DNA from: Octopus sinensis
Lineage: Eukaryota
Length of the DNA: 64,000 nucleotides
Reading direction: 5' to 3'
NCBI RefSeq assembly: GCF_006345805.1
Contig: NC_042998.1
Location: forward strand, 191,642,001-191,706,000
Shown here: in pieces, positions 54,881 to 64,000 of the stretch
Layout of the letters: each line of letters opens with the position of its first letter
How positions within the stretch are numbered: position 1 is the stretch's first letter
Position numbers and translations under genes: made by a program
The notes under the pieces: generated by a model
Told to the model about the DNA's origin: nothing
Databases searched by the model: none
The model's input: the letters and a program-made list of their open reading frames with translations, nothing else

Positions 54881-55220
54881 ACCAACCAATTCCTGCTGGT
54901 GTAATAATTATGTGAATAGAATTTGTAGAAATTCCAATTCCTCATAAGTACTTTGATAAAATGGTTTTCTAAAATCACGGACTTACACATTAGGAACTTG
55001 AGATGGTAAGAAAAAGGGAAGGAACAAACCAGCAACGTGTTATTTTAAAAGCTTGCGAGGGAAAGAAAGAGGCAGCTGAGATGAAAGAAATCGACAAAAT
55101 GTTAATTCAATTTAAAATTCTCTGACTGAAGGTAATTCTGCTGCGCCTTTGTATTAATGATCACAAAAGAAAAAAAAACATATTGAAGAAGCTAAACAAA
55201 TAATGTTGATTATACTTACA

Positions 55221-55605
55221 TCTCTCTATATATAAACGGCAGTTTGTCTGTGTGTGTTTCTGTGTGTCTGTTTGCTTGTACCCTCACTCTGACCACGGCT
55301 TTCAACCGATTCTGATGAAACTTGACACACACATAGCCCAATGTCATAATTCAAAACTAACGCAGCGACAATTTTGAAAAGTTCCCCCAGTTCTGAAAAA
55401 AATCGATAAATTCGACATGGGGTCGACAATCAGAAACACAAACCACAGACTGTCTAGGGGACGCAACTCGACCTTTTTTAACTAAAAAAAAAAAATTTAC
55501 CATAATTTTTTCCCCATTTTTTTGCTATTTTTTGGCTATTACTCTCTAAAATGCTTTATAGTTATTTCTCTTACAAACCTGAGCAACGCCGGGCGATACT
55601 GCTAG
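55221..55605 (+). mobile_element. Non-autonomous Helitron, same family as 53358-53887
   Basis: A|TCtctctatatataaacggcag...gagcaacgccgggcgatactgCTAG|T. Confidence 0.88.
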
Positions 55606-56278
55606 TCAATTATATTTACAAGGCTAAAGAAAAGGAAGAGAAATTATTGTAACTTCATAGCTATGATGATAATTGTGACAATGGTAGCATAAATACGGGT
55701 GATTCTGAGGAGCACGGTCATAATGGTGGTGATTATGAATGCAGTGTAAATCATATCAATCAAATTATGATGCTTTTTTATATTGATTTCTTTCTTGGCA
55801 TAATTAAAGAACATAGGTGGGAAAGAAATTGTTGTTGCTATAATCATGACTTCTTTAAGCATGCATTTATGTAGGCCACTCTATAGCTTCACTTAAAAAG
55901 ATTTCTATGTTGCCTCCATTCTGACATTCTGAAATTCCGGTTAACCTCTGCATTGCTGTCAAAGTTTAATTATTCCGAAATAAGATCAGGATTGTCATTG
56001 TTTTGCCAAAGAGCAATTCTACTTCTCACTGTATATCGCATTTTATCATTCTGCAAAATCCAGAGTTGTCTTCCCAGCCTATCTTGATCAAAAGTTGTCA
56101 TTTAGAAATGGACTTCTTTCTATTCGGAAAAGAGCAATTTTCATTGACTGAAATTTCTTTGCTTGAGGAATATGTTTGCGTCTCCACTTTACATTCGTTA
56201 GTGCCCTAGCGGGAAATGGAACCCAATTCAACGAACTTCACAGCAATTAAGATAGCTTACAAAAGAACCGAGTTTGCA

Positions 56279-56327
56279 ATGTGGTTTCGATTTCTGATTC
56301 TGCTTCTATTGTTAAAATCCTGTGATA
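56279..56327 (+). CDS. Candidate signal-peptide exon MWFRFLILLLLLKSCD
   Basis: ATG, basic residue, hydrophobic core, then phase-1 donor A|GTATGT. Confidence 0.25.
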
Positions 56328-56341
56328 GTATGTTTTACTAC

Positions 56342-56704
<363 letters not shown>

Positions 56705-57924
56705 TGAAATTGTATACACCTATGTAAATGAATAAATCAACATTTGTGAAAACCGCAAGCATTGAAATACGCACACGAAGACACAATCTTCACAAAAATC
56801 ATAATTTAATTCATCGGTTGTCGTTCAATTTCAATTTAGTTTACCAATCGTTTGACTGAAACGGATAATACGAACCTCCAGCAATCTCAACAACTTTCGA
56901 AATTTAATTGTTTAAAATTATGGTTTCACTTTTGATGGAAATTACAAATTGCCGCGATGTGTCTATCAATTAGTAAAGGAATTCGATGTATGTAAAAAAA
57001 CATTTGGTTTTATTGTAAAAGGATGTTACAAGACAGAACCGATGATTATGAAAAGATAAGCGTGTTTTTACATTTGAAATTTCCTTTGCACATTGTTTTT
57101 CAAGAGACGATAGGAATCAACCATTTTGAGTTTTTACATAACAGTCTCTTTTTTTGTGAGACTCAATACAGCCGACTTATCGGGTGGCTTTTAAGCTAGC
57201 TCCTGAGGAGGGCTCTTCATGCATTGAGTACTTATCAAATTCTATCAAATTTGACCAATATTTTTCAAGTAATGAACAATTTCCATCAAAACAATGATAT
57301 AATTCGTCGACTTAGAACTTATTGCAAAGCTGCATGATAAACAACATATTTTGTCTTCCCATTCAAGGGTCAGTACAGTTTACTTCTTCCGTCTAACCTC
57401 TTTCTTTCTGTCTCTCTCTTTCTTTTGATTGTTTTCAACCATCACCATCACTAATACCATCACCATAGTTACCACAACTTCCACACACACACCATTTAGA
57501 CTTCTGACGCCACTACCATCAATACCTTTGACTTCGCCGCCTTCCCCTCCACCACTATCTCACTGTCTTCCACATCGCTTACTATCACTGTCATCCCTGA
57601 CTGACCACCACCACCACCACCACAATCATCACTGTCGCCTCCACCTATCAAAACTACAGCTCATACTATTACTATCACCTCATTACCATAATTACCGTCA
57701 ATCTACTACCGCCTCTATGCCTACTATTACTCTTACCCTCCTCCCATCACGAGGAATAGTGGATATTTCATTTTTGGTAAACTGTATTTCAATTAAAGTG
57801 TATTTTATGTGTATGTGTGTGTGTGTGTATGTGCACACACGCGCGCACACACACACATATGTATAAAAGAAAGCAAAAAAAACAAACCAAAAATGATAGT
57901 GTTCAGTAGTTGGTTCGGGAATTT

Positions 57925-58157
57925 CTTATTTCTCTGTTGCCCACAAGGGGCAAAACATAGAAGGGACAAACAAGGACAGACATAGGTATTAAGTCGATTA
58001 CATCAACCGCAGTGCGTAACTGGTACTTAATTAATCCACCCTGAAAGGATTAAAGGCAAAGTCGACCTCGGCGTAATTTGAACTCGGAACGTAACGCAGA
58101 CGAAATACGGCTACGTATTTCACCCGGCGTGCTAACGTTTCTGCCAGCTCGCCGCCG
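57925..58157 (-). mobile_element. SINE family A
   Basis: Full reverse copy; ggaatttct repeated on both flanks. Confidence 0.88.
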
Positions 58158-59995
58158 TACCCGTTTAGGAATTTCTGTCCAGGAAAGTTGTACATCATCT
58201 CCCTCTTTCTCTCACATACCCACTCGCATTCTGTCTCTCTTATTATTATCCTCATTGCCACCATCAACACTATTACTTTTAATAATACATCATCAACTCT
58301 CCCTAAATTTTTTCGTCTTTCTCTCCCTCTCTTTTTCTTTCTTTTTCTCGTTCTCTCTCACACTCTCTCTGTCTTCGCCACCACCCTCACCGTCTCTATG
58401 CCTACTATTACTCCCACCCCAGCACGAGGAAGTGTCATTGAATAGTGAAAGAAGGGGTCAAAGTGTGACACACTGACACACAGAAATGAATTTTCGCATT
58501 TATTATATTAGATAGCAATTTTATTAACTCATTTGGTACGTATAACATTTGTAATATGAAACGAGACACACAGCCCCATGAAGTATTTACTATTGTCTCT
58601 TAGGTATTTTTATGCCATATTTTCGATAATGTCTGTAATTCCCTTTTTAGACTATTGTCTGTTTGCAGCTTATTGTCATTTTAAAGAAATCTTGACTCTA
58701 CGTGAGCCTCTATGTACCACTTTGTACCACCAGGTACATAGTGACTGGGTACATCAAAGTGGATAGACTGTGAGAGAGGTTTTAACCGTTTCTCTATGTA
58801 AATTCAGTATTGTCATATAAAACTATGTGGATTACTCTAAAAAAAAAACCCCGAATAATCGCGGAGAGCCTCTATATGATAGCTCGACCTATAAAAAAAT
58901 AACAGTTAAGTTCCCTTAAAATCACAAGAAAATCTTAAGAAATGAAGAACACAATGGATAGTGTCCATGATACACAGAACAATGTGTCATAATGGTTAGA
59001 ATGTTGTTCATCAAAGATCTATTTTAGCAGTTTCCAATCTAGTCCTAAATGACATCATAGCTTAGCAAACACCCCAAAGCAGACCGAGCCTGTATACATG
59101 TAATAAAATAACTTCTGCATTCTTGTTTCTTGAACTATGCGGATGCACCTGTTTATGTTTGATGTAATAGTCTTCATGATTCATTTGTGAAAGTTAATTA
59201 AGTGGAGTACCTTTAGACTGAATCCTTATTGCCATCATCTTTATACACCTCCTCTTCTCTACCGGTTCATTAATTGCAGATACATCAAGAAATATTTATG
59301 TCGCCTCAACCCACCAGGAAATTTTAACGCGTGTGATCTCTCGAAAGAACATTCAACTATTTTAGCATTATTTTCTCGTCTCATGTGCCCACGTACTTAA
59401 GAGAATTCTATTTCCCTACAAATCCCATTATGCCTTGTGGTGCCTTTTTCATCTGCGTTAATGGACTGACTTTTAAGTATGTTCGATGACAGATTATAAT
59501 TCTGTCCCGCCGCTTAAAGCCACTGTAGAGTTTTTAACTAACGAAATGTTGATGGCTGTTCAATGAAAGAAAGATGACAATCATGTAGGAGTTTATACTG
59601 TTTCCATGGTCACCTTGCTGCAAACCACTTCAGCCTGTAAAAACAGTAACAATACACAGAAGGGCATTAAGAACAAGAAAGATTGAGTGATTTCAACGGG
59701 AATATTGAGCTTTTGGGAACTGAATATCTCGAGGTCAAGCTAATGACATTCTAGTTTTCATATTTTAAAAGTTAACATGCTTGTAGTGTCACGGAGGTGG
59801 GTGGCAGAAACTGTAACAAAGCGGATCAGTACCTGGGGTGTTTAGTCAAGTCTCTTTATGTTCTGTGTTCAAATTCCGCTGTGGGCCATGTTTGCCTTTC
59901 ATCTCTGGATTCAATAGAATACCTGTTAAATGCATGTCAAAAAGGGGGGATGCAGTTCTGTCAATATGTGTGTATGTGTGTGTGTGTGTGTATGT

Positions 59996-60037
<42 letters not shown>

Positions 60038-60108
60038 TGTCATTGAAATAAATGCGAATCAAATGACCAGAAAGGTCATGGCTATCTTTCTTTGACCCTA
60101 CTAGCTCT

Positions 60109-60150
<42 letters not shown>

Positions 60151-60659
60151 GCGAGAGACAGATAGACAGACTCACACACTTCAAAATGAATTTTGGATTA
60201 TGCCACAATAAGAGGTATTCAGTAGAGCAAAAATAATTCTACATATTTATTCTACCTTCCCTGTGAACGAAATGCCGGTTCCTATCAATTGTGGGATATA
60301 TAAAGACTTCTGTGGAATGTTAGAGACTGGCAAATGAATATCTGACCAGCACGCAACAGCCGTTAACTCACAAGCACTCGTGTTTCTAAATTTGCGTACG
60401 CGTTGCTCTGCTTTTTACTTAAATACTTGGCATAGGGACTAAATTAAGGTCAATCTATCTCACATTTCCGCTATTATTGCACACTCAGTTGTGAAATCCT
60501 CTGGAACTCGGCAAATGTTTTATTTATTTATCTATTTATTTTGCATAAATTATAATGCAAATGCATTATGTGAAGAGAGGACATGCGCAGTTTCTTTTAT
60601 TCAGTCTATCATGTGCGCTGGATATATACATATATACACACACATAACCCCCCCCACAC

Positions 60660-61606
60660 ACACACACACACATATATATATATAAATTAAATTAGAGATA
60701 AAACCACTATTAGGCAAATCAAACAATGAAAAACATAAACCAAAACATAAAAATAAAAATGATTAATATAATATACAAAATATATAAAATATAAAATTTT
60801 AAAATTTATACATATATATATATATGACTGGATGTATACATACGCATATTGATAGAGTTAATAATACGAGGATGCATATGAAACTCAGAATTGCAATAAT
60901 GTGTAATTTCAAAGTTAAACAAAGATAGCCAGTTTTTTTTTTGCAAGTGAGTATCACCTGATAGCTTCCATTTTGTTTCATTAATAGTTTTTAAGTATCC
61001 TTGCGGTCACGAGTATACTTAGACACTTTCTCAGCGTTTCTTCCCTTGATCCAAAGAAACATCGAGGATATGACAGTTAAAGGGATAAAGGGCTGCTCTA
61101 ATAGTCAGCTAGTCCTCATCTTCAGTTAAGTTTACTAGAGCAAAATGAAAAAGGATTCTTTGCTTCCGGACACAAACTCGCCGACCAGTCCAAGAATCGA
61201 ATCCACAAACTAATGCCCTTTTATATTACGATTTATTCACCAAATTTTTTTCTTGTTTGCAAATTAAAAGGGTAACATGCATGTGGGAACTAAACACACA
61301 CAGACACATATACACATTCACATTAAGACACAAACGGTGCTTATTGTTACGAAGGAGTAGTAAATACGCTGAACGTAGCTACAAGAAGCAAACGGCACCA
61401 GTTGAAATTTCAGTTGTAAATTAAGCTCTTAAAAATCGACATCATACTATGTGCCTACCTCTTATAAGATGGTACACATCCACACATCTTGAAAATACCA
61501 TATATATATGGTATACCCTTCTTTGTATAAATGTCCTATAAATTCCTCACAGTCTTGGTTATGTTGTCACATTTTATTTAAGACACACATATACAAACAC
61601 ACACAA

Positions 61607-61637
<31 letters not shown>

Positions 61638-62559
61638 AATTAAATTAGAGATAAAACCACTATTAGGCAAATCAAACAATGAAAAACATAAACCAAAACA
61701 TAAAAATAAAAATGATTAATATAATATACAAAATATATAAAATATAAAATTTTAAAATTTATACATATATATATATATGACTGGATGTATACATACGCAT
61801 ATTGATAGAGTTAATAATACGAGGATGCATATGAAACTCAGAATTGCAATAATGTGTAATTTCAAAGTTAAACAAAGATAGCCAGTTTTTTTTTTGCAAG
61901 TGAGTATCACCTGATAGCTTCCATTTTGTTTCATTAATAGTTTTTAAGTATCCTTGCGGTCACGAGTATACTTAGACACTTTCTCAGCGTTTCTTCCCTT
62001 GATCCAAAGAAACATCGAGGATATGACAGTTAAAGGGATAAAGGGCTGCTCTAATAGTCAGCTAGTCCTCATCTTCAGTTAAGTTTACTAGAGCAAAATG
62101 AAAAAGGATTCTTTGCTTCCGGACACAAACTCGCCGACCAGTCCAAGAATCGAATCCACAAACTAATGCCCTTTTATATTACGATTTATTCACCAAATTT
62201 TTTTCTTGTTTGCAAATTAAAAGGGTAACATGCATGTGGGAACTAAACACACACAGACACATATACACATTCACATTAAGACACAAACGGTGCTTATTGT
62301 TACGAAGGAGTAGTAAATACGCTGAACGTAGCTACAAGAAGCAAACGGCACCAGTTGAAATTTCAGTTGTAAATTAAGCTCTTAAAAATCGACATCATAC
62401 TATGTGCCTACCTCTTATAAGATGGTACACATCCACACATCTTGAAAATACCATATATATATGGTATACCCTTCTTTGTATAAATGTCCTATAAATTCCT
62501 CACAGTCTTGGTTATGTTGTCACATTTTATTTAAGACACACATATACAAACACACACAA

Positions 62560-62570
<11 letters not shown>
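60660..62570. repeat. 953-bp direct tandem duplication
   Basis: Identical ORFs at 60799 and 61752 (offset 953); unique sequence looks identical by eye. Confidence 0.95.
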
Positions 62571-62596
<26 letters not shown>

Positions 62597-62690
62597 ATAA
62601 TTATTTGGAGGGATTATTAATCCTAACTTACAGGGAAAAAATTTCAATTTAGAATTACTAAATCGAATTTCACACAATATAATATATATA

Positions 62691-62997
62691 TATATAAATT
62701 AGAAAAAAATACCTTTTATTAATTCAAAATGAACAATTAAATTACACCATCTAGAAAATTACATATAATAGAAATATTAAAATTAAAATAACAAAAAAGA
62801 CCCAATGATAAAGTAAATTGCAAAAATAAATGAAATAATTATATACGTTTTTTATTATTTTTTTGCAATTTACTTTATCATTGGTATTTTATTGTTATTT
62901 CAATTTTAATATTTCAATTATATGTAATGTTCTAGATGGTTTAATTTAATTTTTCATTTTGAACTGATAAAAGGTGCTTTTTTGTAATTTATATATA
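62691..62997. repeat. AT-rich imperfect fold-back between (TA)n tracts
   Basis: accatctagaa/ttctagatggt and caatgataaagtaaattgcaaaaa/tttttgcaatttactttatcattg. Confidence 0.85.
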
Positions 62998-63006
62998 TAT
63001 ATATAT

Positions 63007-64000
63007 CAGGAGTGGCCAAACTTGCTTAATGCAAGAGCCATATTCGATAAAGTTCAGATGTTTGAGAGCCAGAAGCATGAACAAAATTTACCGATGTGTT
63101 TTTGTTACATACACATTTAATTACAAAAATTTTATATAGATATTAAGAAATGCATGTATGCAATAATATTTATTCATATATGCAGTTTTTTAAACTGTTA
63201 ATTCGTACTGGTTTCAGTGATAAAAAAATACACATATATATAGCAAATGTTTTCAAAATCTTGGCTGATGATTGCTTAAACTATATTGAGCATATTTAAT
63301 ACGGTAATGACCTACGGGAACTTCTAAGAAAGATGTGCGAATTTGCATTTCAGTAACATAAAATTAAACTGCCAAAACAACGCCAAAGAGGAAACAAAAA
63401 TTATGTTATTTATATGTCTTGGTAAATATCTAGTGAAAATATGGAGGAAACTATTTTTTAAAAAAGCCAACCAATAAAATTTGAGATATTTTAATCACAT
63501 ATCACCTTACAAAATTACAGTGTTATCATAAAATTTGTATGACAGACAGACAATGCTATAAATATCGGGCTATTAAAGCCGCTATTTACTGGTAGCAGAC
63601 GTCTTGTGTGTCTCCATCTTGGCTGTGAGTTGTTGAAAATCTGGATGATATGTTGTCAAAGCTGTACAAATTAGCTCCGCCATGTGTTGGTTTGTAAGGA
63701 TTGCACGATGCTTCGACTTCACAAACTTCATTACAGAGTACATTGTTTCCTATTCTGTGCTGAAAATTGAAATGAGTCGCACACTAGTTTTCTTCAGTTT
63801 AGGATATCTTATTTCTGGAACTTGCTTCCAGAACTCTGTTGCAGACTAGGATTTATGGATCATCTTTAGACCCAGCTCCTCCATTATTTTTATTTCCACA
63901 GCAGATGATTCCATAACCAGATGTTCGAGAATTGAATATCCATCATTGACCACATCAGCCATAAATAGATTTACAAGGAAGGCGAATCAGGGCTTCAGCT
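63007..64000 (-). mobile_element. hAT (Charlie/SPIN/GTF2IRD2-like) transposon 3' end with decayed transposase, runs off the window
   Basis: TIR caggagtggccaaactt; minus-strand FWKQVPEIRYPKLKKTSVRLISIFST...YSVMKFVKSKHRAILTNQH...TTYHPDFQQL matches the hAT dimerisation domain. Confidence 0.85.

Overview
AT-rich, repeat-dense animal genomic DNA. The SINE families and (TA)n/(CA)n/(TAA)n microsatellite load suggest an Octopus-type cephalopod (inference). I found no intact, recognisable protein-coding gene, and nearly all listed ORFs are translations of microsatellites or SINEs. The window is a mosaic of three tRNA-derived SINE groups with shuffled modules, four decayed Tc1/mariner elements, a hAT remnant, two non-autonomous Helitrons, a MITE carrying TTAGGG repeats, and RTE, CR1, L1/Tx1-ORF1 and Penelope-like LINE fragments. 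It also contains a 953-bp tandem duplication and a 100-N gap. Three things most deserve a second look: (i) many long fold-back inverted repeats, several next to (TA)n arrays; (ii) a candidate minus-strand exon across the gap that reads as signal peptide plus His/Arg-rich tract, with poly-Asp and poly-Ser alternative frames; (iii) a candidate small secreted-protein gene at about 56.3-59.4 kb. Coordinates of degenerate elements are approximate.
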